A stretch of DNA of 64,000 nucleotides from a virus. Taxonomy: Duplodnaviria > Caudoviricetes. The DNA lies in IMG/VR virus record IMGVR_UViG_3300006045_001036, one strand, 5' to 3'. The translations under genes and the position numbers were made by a program. How positions within the stretch are numbered: position 1 is the first letter of the stretch; every line of letters begins with the position of its first letter. The notes below the pieces were generated by a model. It was not told the origin of the DNA. It was given only the letters and a program-made list of their open reading frames with translations, and did not search any database. Positions 47,601 to 55,641 of this stretch are shown here, one piece after another.

Positions 47601-48875
47601 ACGTGCCGACATCTTCGACATCATATCAAGCATTGCGTCTTTAGTATAGCCTTGAGCTTGCCCGACTTCACGTAGATTTCCCTCCCACACAGATTTCACC
47701 GCTTGAGCAGCTTCTTCCATGATTTGGAAAGGTTTTTCTATAATCGCCTTGACGTCTGCGGCAAGTCGTTGGTCTGCTAAAGCTTTGTACTGCTTACGCA
47801 TTTCTTTCTCAGCACCACGAGAAAATCCCGACATGATGTTAGACACCGACTGTTTCATTTCACCGACAGTGGATTTCAGGTCACTAACTAACCCTCCGAC
47901 AGCATGACCGACAACTTTACCGACAACCATTCCAACGGGACCGCCGATAGCCATGCCGATTTTGCCAGTGACTTGACCTATTACCTTACCAATAATAACG
48001 TCTGTTTTTACTTCAGGAGTTCGCTGTGATGTATCGGCTAATCCGTTAGAGTCTAATTCATCACTATCGTTTAAAGTCCCGCCTACAACCCAAACAGGAG
48101 CGGCATTGTCTTTATATTGTTTTGAGCTGTTGTCTCCGCTAAGATTTCCGCCAAGACCACCACCTAACAAACCTCCAACTGCACCCGAAGTATCTTGTTC
48201 TTTATCCTTCTTGCCAAATCCGGGAACTCCTTCAAAAAGAAAATCCTTGGTAGAGTTTCCGATTTTTGATGCAGCTCTTCCTATACTTCCCGATACACCG
48301 CCGTTATCCTTCCATTTTTGGAAATTTTCTTTCTTATTTCGGAATTCTGGTGTACCGTACCCAAATATATTTTGTGTCGCACGTCCCGGAAGTTCGCCGA
48401 TATTTTTGCCAATCTGACCCATCTTATTGCTAAAAGCAGCACGGTCAGCCCGACGCTTTTGATTGTGCAATTCATAACTACCGAAGCTTGTGCCGTGAGG
48501 TAATGAGCCAGGAGCATACCTACCTGTTTCAGAACCAGCAACAGGCAAGAGACCTTTTTGTTGTAGCCACCCTGTACCCGCACCCGATTGAAACCCGCTT
48601 CCTGCTGTCGAGCGTAACCCGCCTTGCCTCTGTTGACTTTGCTTGTTACTACTTAACCACTTTGAACCTGAGTTATCACGCCCTCCACCCATTGTAGAAC
48701 TTCCACGTTGCATGGAGCGGAGAATAGAGTTTTGTTCCTGAGTCAGTCCTAACAGTTGGTCGATTTTGCGGACAATGTTGATAGTAGAGGTCTCTGTAAG
48801 ACCTCTACTATCGTTATGAGCAGTCCCCGCAGTCTGTTGAAACAAGGACAGAAGGTCGTTATTAGCGTCCATCAT
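44631..48875 (-). CDS. tape measure protein
   Basis: 1414 aa, Ala/Gly/Ser-rich and helical, after tube and chaperone; Gly-zipper segment; aromatic repeats. Confidence 0.8.
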   Translation of the reverse strand: MMDANNDLLSLFQQTAGTAHNDSRGLTETSTINIVRKIDQLLGLTQEQNSILRSMQRGSSTMGGGRDNSGSKWLSSNKQSQQRQGGLRSTAGSGFQSGAGTGWLQQKGLLPVAGSETGRYAPGSLPHGTSFGSYELHNQKRRADRAAFSNKMGQIGKNIGELPGRATQNIFGYGTPEFRNKKENFQKWKDNGGVSGSIGRAASKIGNSTKDFLFEGVPGFGKKDKEQDTSGAVGGLLGGGLGGNLSGDNSSKQYKDNAAPVWVVGGTLNDSDELDSNGLADTSQRTPEVKTDVIIGKVIGQVTGKIGMAIGGPVGMVVGKVVGHAVGGLVSDLKSTVGEMKQSVSNIMSGFSRGAEKEMRKQYKALADQRLAADVKAIIEKPFQIMEEAAQAVKSVWEGNLREVGQAQGYTKDAMLDMMSKMSARLEKDGLSRILDATELTSNLAGVISSGLTGVVAEEFTYLATVLKATTGEDFFQYADTFGSIVAQELTKGRSQSEAIATASASLQSTAGMFMAAGRELTQGIGTGLKDMKSILDSANQIARNARVSDNTEILEALTKVSAVAGAIDSRLSTGLIEAITQATSGSNDAAIVAFRALAGQGAEATEFLRSFSQDPSRLLGTIFDELAQRQRIAPDAYMTVADQLAPVFNIPPDAFSGIDFSMMGEAMRGGLNGDRTFQQSLDLLKSGETTINSAQARMAEINKQIADDGLGWLIDNDVAMMMYKNQLDEQRQRDAQAATWAVEIKGETNNLLQSLKEGVSSILKFLNPLGSIVAFFKKANEVSKVDKNREAVLKAGVVGNPANFMYANIMTAGKALDLKISQDYASMISDGAIRGSRINAPNMQRGSDRLFNSYGATSWNNLRQALTPTIVSAVGTGFGRSMYDWKNVLGGGSGLRAASGHSGGANKNPNLTNLSASEDATERAAQRAEKVLEQVEKDAKKFVGTYEEFTAQQKQLGRNIEQLSKQAGQSEQAIVDAFNEGQVEQGAAMNAVRLQTEERWWKEMLHETQRVHSAIVAGTIIQSKALGYQENLEFTMNEFEEKKTESIFQRMFGTFRGVIQNVFKASEVEQPEMFEERMLTALAEEMETRETWELAGKRRHWSGSGSENGEIVTELEKSDRSQKAVLEDIEEHLRLHRVSFGVDGENKDYRDQFHKYRENFGINSPSGDDNWRTEFWRYHGSFGRDTLFGHANYRSQFDEFSTSFGKVGSQNNYRHQFQRYSEEWFGDASNRAGSYREQFKTYSEQYFGVSESTTGSYRSEFRAYRDEFARYHSDFNRFAIQNLQQISSIRDEFGEVFNVKGQGREANGSGFTQGLGPNGEFINGNNPAYRALAAGEHAIHDVSLSLEQLVTMLSDQAKANNTANPVEQTNILLATLVKLMGNLAQTLSGGYGGVGDSGNFWDMLSAASYGQPQ

Positions 48876-48907
48876 TCACCTCATATAGAATTACTTATAC
48901 TTTTCTT

Positions 48908-49063
48908 TTACTTTTCAGGTTTGTTACGCTCTTCAATTTCTTTCATGGCTTCATAATACCATTTATTAACCGTTCCGACTGGTTTCTTAGCCACGTATTC
49001 GGGATTTGTTTTCCACGCACGAGCAACAAACATTATCTTTTCTTCCCATCTGTCATACTGCAA
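48908..49063 (-). CDS. small tail-assembly chaperone partner (gp51 / gpT-like); start uncertain
   Basis: LQYDRWEEKIMFVARAWKTNPEYVAKKPV..WYYE in the +1 frame, overlapping the chaperone 3' end. Confidence 0.5.
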   Translation of the reverse strand: MQYDRWEEKIMFVARAWKTNPEYVAKKPVGTVNKWYYEAMKEIEERNKPEK

Positions 49064-49994
49064 CCGCCTCGGACTCTTCTCCTGCGTCGGCAAGTCGGTT
49101 TGTGTTGACGTCGCTGTCGGTGAGGGGTTGTTTGGATTTTTTGGCTTTGATGAGTTCCTCTCTACGTAGTCTCTTCTCTCGTAAGGACGGTCTAAGAAAT
49201 CGTTCCTCCACAGGAGCGTAGAACCTCGCTTCCGCACCACATTTTGGACAAGGAACTGTCCCACTCATCTCAATTCCATAACCTCCGAAAGTTTTGTTGT
49301 AAGCGGTCAATAAACCGTCAAAATCCAAATCATTCATTGCCGCTAATCCTGTATAGAGTTCCCGCCTGTCTTCAACAGCTTTTTTATTACAATGAGTTAT
49401 CGCATAAGCAAACTGCACGATTAAATCGTCCCAAGGGTCAATATACCCCTCTCCCTTAGCTTTCTTTACGGCAATCGCTCTGAAAGTTGGGTCTTTGCGA
49501 GCGTGAAGCATATCGCCGACACGAGGGAAGCGAATCGACAAATCCCACTTCCAATCAATAAACGTGTCTGCTGCCTTGATTTCAAGTATTTTCTCACAAT
49601 TCGCAGGAGGTTGACGGAAACCAATGTTTGACAGAGAAACACGATGGTCACCGAATACCCGCCCCATTTCATCAGAATCCTTGCACCCGAAATTGTTTTC
49701 TCCGCCAGTACAAGCAATCGCATTGACAAAATGTGTCGCTCCCCAAGATACGATGTGCAATGCTCGGCATATCCAGTGGAAGTCAATCAGCAACAATGAT
49801 TTGTAGTCGCAGGTTTGACTATCAGTAGGTATGACGCATTTAGGGAAAATCTCGTCTACGATGAACTGGTCGAGATTTTCAGCCCCGATTGTTTCCAACC
49901 GAAGCTCCGCCGTAATTGTTTTGATTGTGAAATGCCGTGGATATCCCTCAGGGTATAAGTGCGGTGGGGATAATAAGGTAAGTTCTTCGTTCAT
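49053..49994 (-). CDS. tail/baseplate assembly chaperone (T4 gp26-like, Zn-binding)
   Basis: LLLIDFHWICRALHIVSWG, IRFPRVGD, CPKCG..FLRPS; between tube and tape measure. Confidence 0.75.
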   Translation of the reverse strand: MNEELTLLSPPHLYPEGYPRHFTIKTITAELRLETIGAENLDQFIVDEIFPKCVIPTDSQTCDYKSLLLIDFHWICRALHIVSWGATHFVNAIACTGGENNFGCKDSDEMGRVFGDHRVSLSNIGFRQPPANCEKILEIKAADTFIDWKWDLSIRFPRVGDMLHARKDPTFRAIAVKKAKGEGYIDPWDDLIVQFAYAITHCNKKAVEDRRELYTGLAAMNDLDFDGLLTAYNKTFGGYGIEMSGTVPCPKCGAEARFYAPVEERFLRPSLREKRLRREELIKAKKSKQPLTDSDVNTNRLADAGEESEAVAV

Positions 49995-50057
49995 GATTAA
50001 TGAACTCCTTTCTAATTATTCCCACCGACTTTACAGTATTCTTTTGTTAACGAACGC

Positions 50058-50645
50058 TTAACCGCCATACTCTGCTCGGTCAAGCCACTCTAAGACTGAA
50101 ATCGTCAAAGTTAACGTAATCTGAGCAACAGAACCGCCGACCATGTCGTTTTGACCGTAGTCCACATTACCAAGCCATACACCTCTTGCACGGCACACCG
50201 CTCTCGGCATACCTTGACCGTCGAAACGGCTGTAAGTAAGTGTTTTAGCGTAGATAGAGGGTGTTCCTTGTTTACCGCTACGAGGATTATAAACCGCTTT
50301 GTCAAGTTTCTTAACAGTTTGGATAACGTCAGGTTCACAGAACCAGTTAACTGTCCAAGAAACGTCATTCCACGTAGTTTTTCCGGGTACTTTGTACACG
50401 CCGTGTACAAAGTGTATTGGGATTACCTCTCTTTGTGAAGTAAACGGACTAAGTTGAGCCGTTGAAAAATCAAGGTCTTCGGCATAAGATGTTGCGTCGT
50501 TACCCGATACGTTGTGAAGCCGAACTTGGAACTGGTTCACAGTGAGTGCGACATATGAGTCGTTCTCAAACATATGGTTCGTATTTAGGTACGTAGGCGA
50601 ATACTCACTCGGGGGAGTGTAGACATCATCAGGATTAAAAGCCAT
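50058..50645 (-). CDS. tail tube protein (gp19-like)
   Basis: KVPGKTTWNDVSWT..GVWLGNV..ITLTL; follows the sheath gene. Confidence 0.85.
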   Translation of the reverse strand: MAFNPDDVYTPPSEYSPTYLNTNHMFENDSYVALTVNQFQVRLHNVSGNDATSYAEDLDFSTAQLSPFTSQREVIPIHFVHGVYKVPGKTTWNDVSWTVNWFCEPDVIQTVKKLDKAVYNPRSGKQGTPSIYAKTLTYSRFDGQGMPRAVCRARGVWLGNVDYGQNDMVGGSVAQITLTLTISVLEWLDRAEYGG

Positions 50646-50666
50646 AATAAATATCTCCTTTATATT

Positions 50667-50673
50667 AATGCTA
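50667..50673 (-). promoter_or_regulatory. candidate phage late promoter motif TAGCATT
   Basis: In the 36-bp sheath-tube spacer, a few nt before the AAGGAG RBS; no sigmaA -35. Confidence 0.55.
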
Positions 50674-50681
50674 ATTCTCGA

Positions 50682-53366
50682 TTAGGAAGTGAACTGTGAC
50701 AGGTCTGTGCCAGGGGGAAGTGCGATTAACGCTATGTCAATGTCTTGGACTACTCCGTTGACAATAAGGTAGATGTTTCCGACAACGCTGTTGGCGTTAA
50801 CATGGTCGAGTCCGTTGATATCCGGATTGATTAATATCAAGTAACCGTCTATCGCACCCGCATCCACCATTGAATCAAGAGTAGGATACATTGCCGCTTT
50901 GAACCGTCCCATCGCAGTCGCATTGTTGTATGTCAACTGAATTCTCCGCCCTGCGTCAAACGCTTGTTTGCTGACTTCGTTAAACAGGTATCTTGTCGAA
51001 AGATTACGAAGAGCGTTATATGTCATTTCGGGTTGGTCGTATAATGTGAAGTTTCCTCTGAGCAACACACCCATCTGCGGGTCGTTCACAATCGGGTTAA
51101 CTCCAACACCTCTGTCGTTATCTTGCCAGTATTCGAGTAACACTTGACCGACTTTTTTGTCTACCTTACCAAATCTCAATGTATGAGTTTGGTTAGTCGG
51201 CTGACACCAGAACTGTTGAATAGCCTGTTGTTTAAGCTGAGTTCTGCGAATAATCAGATTGGCAAGCGAAGGACTTATTGCAGCACGGATATTTCCGAGC
51301 ATCGGGAACGTGTATTCAACCCAGTTCGCAACCATATGAGCTTTTGTGCTTCTGAGCGGTTCGCCGTCAAGAGACACCGTATTGTTTGTGTTATCAAGTC
51401 CGATGTCTAAGTTGTCGAATTCTACTGAGGTTTGCGGTATAGCTTGAGACAATTGCTGTGCGATACCGCCGTCTTCGTAGTTCTTCAAACACTTGAACGG
51501 TATAAACCTCGGGGCATCCAGCGAAGCAACACCGCATTTACCCCAAACACAGACCGCAGTCATTATCCTGTGAAGCTGAGACATCTTGTAATCGTTGTTA
51601 TCGGCAGTCCCGCCTTCCGCAGTTGCGGCAACTTCTGCACCGAAGTTTTGGTCATCCCATCCAGGAAGGATTAAAACTTCAAACTCGTAGAAGATTTTAT
51701 CAGTCAAAGCGGGGATGGCTTTCATACAGTAGAATAACGCTGCTTGACGAACTGCTTCCAGCTTGAGTTGAGATTGAGACATTCCTTGAATCCCGATGTC
51801 GGGATTTCCTTTGTAGTAATCCATCCATAACGGAGAGAAGTCACCTTTATCGTTGGCGTTTCCGGGGTCTGCGTACCTTGGTGCAATATAATTATCAATG
51901 ATTAACTCGGCTGTAACAAACCCAGGATGTTGATAATAGTCTGTACCCAGTCGTCCAGAGCGTTCAAGTTCCGCAGGTACGGCGGGTATCGCAGGAGTAC
52001 AACGTGCTACGTTGGGGTCGGGGTCATCTTTATTCGGGCAGTTTGCGTTGAACACTGCAACAGGAGAAATAGCCGTACTCATTACGCAACCACAAGCTGT
52101 TTCTTCGACAGCAGGGATAGCGGGAGTGATAGTAATACGACATTCGGAAATCCAGAACCCGAAGTCACGTCTTTCCCACCGATGATTAAGAGCAGAGCCG
52201 TCTTTACTCGGTATGCCTGTACCGTTACCCGAACCGTTGAATACGAAGAAGTTATCAACGTATATGATGTTTTCAGTCAGTGCCAAGTAGCCGAGTTCAG
52301 GGTCAAACTCTTGAGGAATACCCGCCGCATCAACTACGGTGATGTTAACAGGGTTATCTTCATTACGGTTGTCAACGATAAAGAAACTACCATCGTCAGC
52401 TTTATCAACAGTAATATTGCCGAAACTGTCTGCAGAACGAACAATCGGGAACATTTCGCCGTCTTCGTTTTCTTCCCATTCAGGTTCTCTCGGCAGGTCA
52501 AGGTTTGTGGCATCAAGCGAAACAAACTTCGATTGAGTTTGAGAACCGCTATATGCTTCTCTCCAGTACGGAGCGGTGTCAGAAGCGTCTTCCACGGTTA
52601 ACGAGAATGTAAACGACTCAACAGCTTTACGAACACCTTGGTCGTCCATAACGAATACAGTTGCTGTTCTCCAACATTTTTTAACATCAGTGCCAGCATC
52701 GGATTTTTGATTGAAACGTCCTTTATATTGACGGATTCTCAGCCATAAACGATTACCGAAAGTTCCGGGAAACCTTGCAACAACATTAATAGGTCGTCTT
52801 CCTTCTGCTCCGACGTCAGGTAACTGAAGAACAGGCGGTGCAATTATCATGATAGGCTGGTCTAATTTGTTAGTTTCACCAGTGTCAATCATAATATATT
52901 TGCCGTTTTCATCTACCTCATGAGCATATCTGAAGTTCAATGCTTCGTAACCGTCGCATATACGAGTTACGATAATATCGTAGCCGTTAAGCAACAGAGT
53001 GAGAGCATAGCCGTAGGAGTAGTCCTTCAAAGATGAGAACTTATCACAAGCCCCACGGAATGTCGAGATAAATTTACCAATACCTTCTTGATTTGCCTCG
53101 AATCTCTGCCACGGAATGTCATGTGTTGAAGGAGTAACTCCGGGAGGGGCTTGCTTGGTTTGCAATTCACCATAATCAGACTCTGACATATCAGCGGGAC
53201 GAGATGTTTCGTTGTAATAACCGTATGTTGCTTCGGTATCGGTGTCACGTTTAGCAATACAGCCATCTCCCCACGCAGACATGATAGGGAGAGCTACAGT
53301 CGCAAACCGTCTGTTAGGTAACGAATATGCGTAATTTTCGCTAACTTCGGTAACGTTGATTTTCAT
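50682..53366 (-). CDS. tail sheath protein (gp18-like)
   Basis: ARFPGTFGN, VNPIV..GNFTL..LRNLSTRYLF C-terminal sheath signature. Confidence 0.88.
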   Translation of the reverse strand: MKINVTEVSENYAYSLPNRRFATVALPIMSAWGDGCIAKRDTDTEATYGYYNETSRPADMSESDYGELQTKQAPPGVTPSTHDIPWQRFEANQEGIGKFISTFRGACDKFSSLKDYSYGYALTLLLNGYDIIVTRICDGYEALNFRYAHEVDENGKYIMIDTGETNKLDQPIMIIAPPVLQLPDVGAEGRRPINVVARFPGTFGNRLWLRIRQYKGRFNQKSDAGTDVKKCWRTATVFVMDDQGVRKAVESFTFSLTVEDASDTAPYWREAYSGSQTQSKFVSLDATNLDLPREPEWEENEDGEMFPIVRSADSFGNITVDKADDGSFFIVDNRNEDNPVNITVVDAAGIPQEFDPELGYLALTENIIYVDNFFVFNGSGNGTGIPSKDGSALNHRWERRDFGFWISECRITITPAIPAVEETACGCVMSTAISPVAVFNANCPNKDDPDPNVARCTPAIPAVPAELERSGRLGTDYYQHPGFVTAELIIDNYIAPRYADPGNANDKGDFSPLWMDYYKGNPDIGIQGMSQSQLKLEAVRQAALFYCMKAIPALTDKIFYEFEVLILPGWDDQNFGAEVAATAEGGTADNNDYKMSQLHRIMTAVCVWGKCGVASLDAPRFIPFKCLKNYEDGGIAQQLSQAIPQTSVEFDNLDIGLDNTNNTVSLDGEPLRSTKAHMVANWVEYTFPMLGNIRAAISPSLANLIIRRTQLKQQAIQQFWCQPTNQTHTLRFGKVDKKVGQVLLEYWQDNDRGVGVNPIVNDPQMGVLLRGNFTLYDQPEMTYNALRNLSTRYLFNEVSKQAFDAGRRIQLTYNNATAMGRFKAAMYPTLDSMVDAGAIDGYLILINPDINGLDHVNANSVVGNIYLIVNGVVQDIDIALIALPPGTDLSQFTS

Positions 53367-53373
53367 ATCTTAG

Positions 53374-54039
53374 TTATTTCCTCTCATTTAATAATCTGGG
53401 GATGTCTCCTGGGTTAATTGCTCCAGTGCCATCTTCCAGCTTCTCTACGATTTTATCTAACTCTAAGTGCATAATCTTTCTTCTGTCACTGAATAACATT
53501 ACTGCACCGTTTGTCCAGAGAGGAACAGACTTTTGGTATAGTGTACCAACAGCGTGATACTCCGAGCTTCCAGTCTGTGTAACAATGTCATCACCGCACT
53601 CTAACCCGAACGAAATCTTTCTGTTAATACCATAGGGAGCTGTGAATTCGTGGAAATACCTACGACGTAAGCAAGCCCACAGAGAACGGATAATCTCGTC
53701 AGCTATCCACGTTTTATCCGCCATTACTTGTAGAGAGTATTCAAGAGCTATCGGAATGGAATACTCGTAGATAACTTCATTTCTGTTTCCCTCGTTATCA
53801 ATTCTGACAGGAAAACCGAACTTTTCCCGAGCGAAGTTATACCGTTGTCTGTCAACTGGCTCGGAGGTACGCACAAGCGAAACAACAGGAAGCGGCACGG
53901 TGTCGTTGTTAAGCAGTGCAACGAGTTCATGTATATTTTCGGGACGGTATACCTTAACCTTCGCCCAATCCTCGTTTTTCGAAGATTTTAACCGTTCTTG
54001 AAGATAATCAGCAATGACTTTGTCGTATAGGTGTATCAT
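53374..54039 (-). CDS. tail terminator / sheath stabiliser (gp15-like)
   Basis: YDKVI..PLPVVSLVR..IPIALEYSLQV; upstream of the sheath gene. Confidence 0.65.
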   Translation of the reverse strand: MIHLYDKVIADYLQERLKSSKNEDWAKVKVYRPENIHELVALLNNDTVPLPVVSLVRTSEPVDRQRYNFAREKFGFPVRIDNEGNRNEVIYEYSIPIALEYSLQVMADKTWIADEIIRSLWACLRRRYFHEFTAPYGINRKISFGLECGDDIVTQTGSSEYHAVGTLYQKSVPLWTNGAVMLFSDRRKIMHLELDKIVEKLEDGTGAINPGDIPRLLNERK

Positions 54040-54341
54040 TAACTGCCTCCCTGCTCTCGGTCATAGTTTCCTATACATCCGAGTAACCAGTTTTCATAAC
54101 CTTCTTCCCCGCAACTCGGGCAATCCTTATTAGCAATTTCGTTGAGTTTGGATACAGAGCCGTTCAACTCTACGTACAGACGGTGGTCGCATTTACAACA
54201 GATGAATACGAATTCGGCTTTGTTCTGTTCGCCGTGTTGAACTTCGTAAGTATCAAAGTTAAAGTACCCTACGGCTTTTCCTTCGTTGTTTCGAAGGTAA
54301 GCGTCTTGGTTTTTCGTGTTAATTTCTAAATGAGTTTTCAT
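54039..54341 (-). CDS. small zinc-ribbon protein
   Basis: CCKC..CPSCG; GGAGG RBS. Confidence 0.7.
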   Translation of the reverse strand: MKTHLEINTKNQDAYLRNNEGKAVGYFNFDTYEVQHGEQNKAEFVFICCKCDHRLYVELNGSVSKLNEIANKDCPSCGEEGYENWLLGCIGNYDREQGGS

Positions 54342-54358
54342 AAAAACCTCCTAACAAC

Positions 54359-54976
54359 CTAAATATCGCCGTCGGTAAGGTCGTATACCTCACCACGGTA
54401 ATCACTCTCTTCCTCGAAGAACAGCGTTTCTTTGTCAAGTAACTTTTGTTTAGCGACAGCGTCTTCAGCAATACCGCCGTCTTTTCTGTATTGAGGAATA
54501 ACCTCGCATATGATGTGGTCAGGAACTTGAAACTCCATCGACATACGTTCGACAACAAATTCCCGAGTCGGTAATCCTGTATGAAGCCCTGCGAAGAAAA
54601 ACTTTGAACCTTTCTGTATTTCGGGAAGGTTAAACGATACGTGGAGTAAGAACGGCAACTCCGAAGAGTTTTCTACCACCCATCCTAATTTCTTCAGGGT
54701 AGCGATTTTCGGTTGTGCTTCCACTCCACAGAATGTATCAATTAGTTCGGAGAACGCATCCGCAGCTTGTTCGCCGTAAAGGTTGTAATCATTCTTGAGC
54801 GGATACTGATACTGAACAGGGACCCCTTGCATTTCCAACCCCTCGTCATACATCTCCCTCAACATCTGAACCTCTTCGTCAACTATAAGCTGACGGTTGG
54901 TGTGTGCGTAAGGTTTGTCAGGCGGTCGATTTCGTTTATCGTTAACAGGCATAGCCCAAGGGTCGTGATTATCCAC
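54359..54976 (-). CDS. neck / head-closure protein (gp14-like)
   Basis: EGLEMQGVPVQYQYP..TLKKLGWVVE; position. Confidence 0.6.
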   Translation of the reverse strand: MDNHDPWAMPVNDKRNRPPDKPYAHTNRQLIVDEEVQMLREMYDEGLEMQGVPVQYQYPLKNDYNLYGEQAADAFSELIDTFCGVEAQPKIATLKKLGWVVENSSELPFLLHVSFNLPEIQKGSKFFFAGLHTGLPTREFVVERMSMEFQVPDHIICEVIPQYRKDGGIAEDAVAKQKLLDKETLFFEEESDYRGEVYDLTDGDI

Positions 54977-55625
54977 AAGTACACCTCCCTCGACATCGAC
55001 ACGGAGACACTGTAAATCTTGTTACCAAATCGTTAATATCGGCGACAAAATGAAGCCAGTTCCACGAAAATTGTTTATAGTTTTCTTGCTTATCCACCTG
55101 AATAATACCGCAAGTCAATAACTCGTTCCACTCCTGTCTCTGAAATTCATAAGTGCTGTCGAGCAGCTTGTGAGGAAAATTACGGGAATACTTCAATAAC
55201 CGTTTATCGTTTGCGTTGAAAGCAACGAGAAAAGTTTCCTGTATACCCTTAACATTCAAAGCTCGCATATGAGTACACCCCATGTTGAGGAATGAGCGGA
55301 TAAATTCACTCTGAGCCCTCGATAAGTTGAACTCGGGCGAAAACTCTACATTAAATCCCCAACGAGACAACTCTTGAAGAATTTGCTCGACAGAGAGTTC
55401 GTTGACCTGACTGTTTGGCAACGAGCCTTGTGCGTTAATCGTATACGCAAATACCGTACCTCTCTTCGGGTCGGTTATATTGATGTTAATCCCTTGAAGT
55501 ATCTCGCTGTTGCAATATTCTGACACCTTAATCCTTACCGCCGACGAGTTGTCAGACGGTATTTTATTGAGTTGCGTCCATTTATTTATTCGATAACGTC
55601 GAGGTGATGTTCGTAAAGGTACCAT
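54969..55625 (-). CDS. hypothetical protein with Cys-rich C-terminus
   Basis: AAGGAG RBS; ends PCRCRGRCTCG. Confidence 0.7.
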   Translation of the reverse strand: MVPLRTSPRRYRINKWTQLNKIPSDNSSAVRIKVSEYCNSEILQGININITDPKRGTVFAYTINAQGSLPNSQVNELSVEQILQELSRWGFNVEFSPEFNLSRAQSEFIRSFLNMGCTHMRALNVKGIQETFLVAFNANDKRLLKYSRNFPHKLLDSTYEFQRQEWNELLTCGIIQVDKQENYKQFSWNWLHFVADINDLVTRFTVSPCRCRGRCTCG

Positions 55626-55641
55626 ATCTTTCTCCTTTCTA

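Noticed and set aside
9006-53266. Long plus-strand and alternate-frame ORFs inside structural genes (e.g. 12685..13365, 51927..52601, 46417..46986, 34917..35465)
   Set aside because: Shadow ORFs of well-supported minus-strand genes, with no RBS or recognisable motifs
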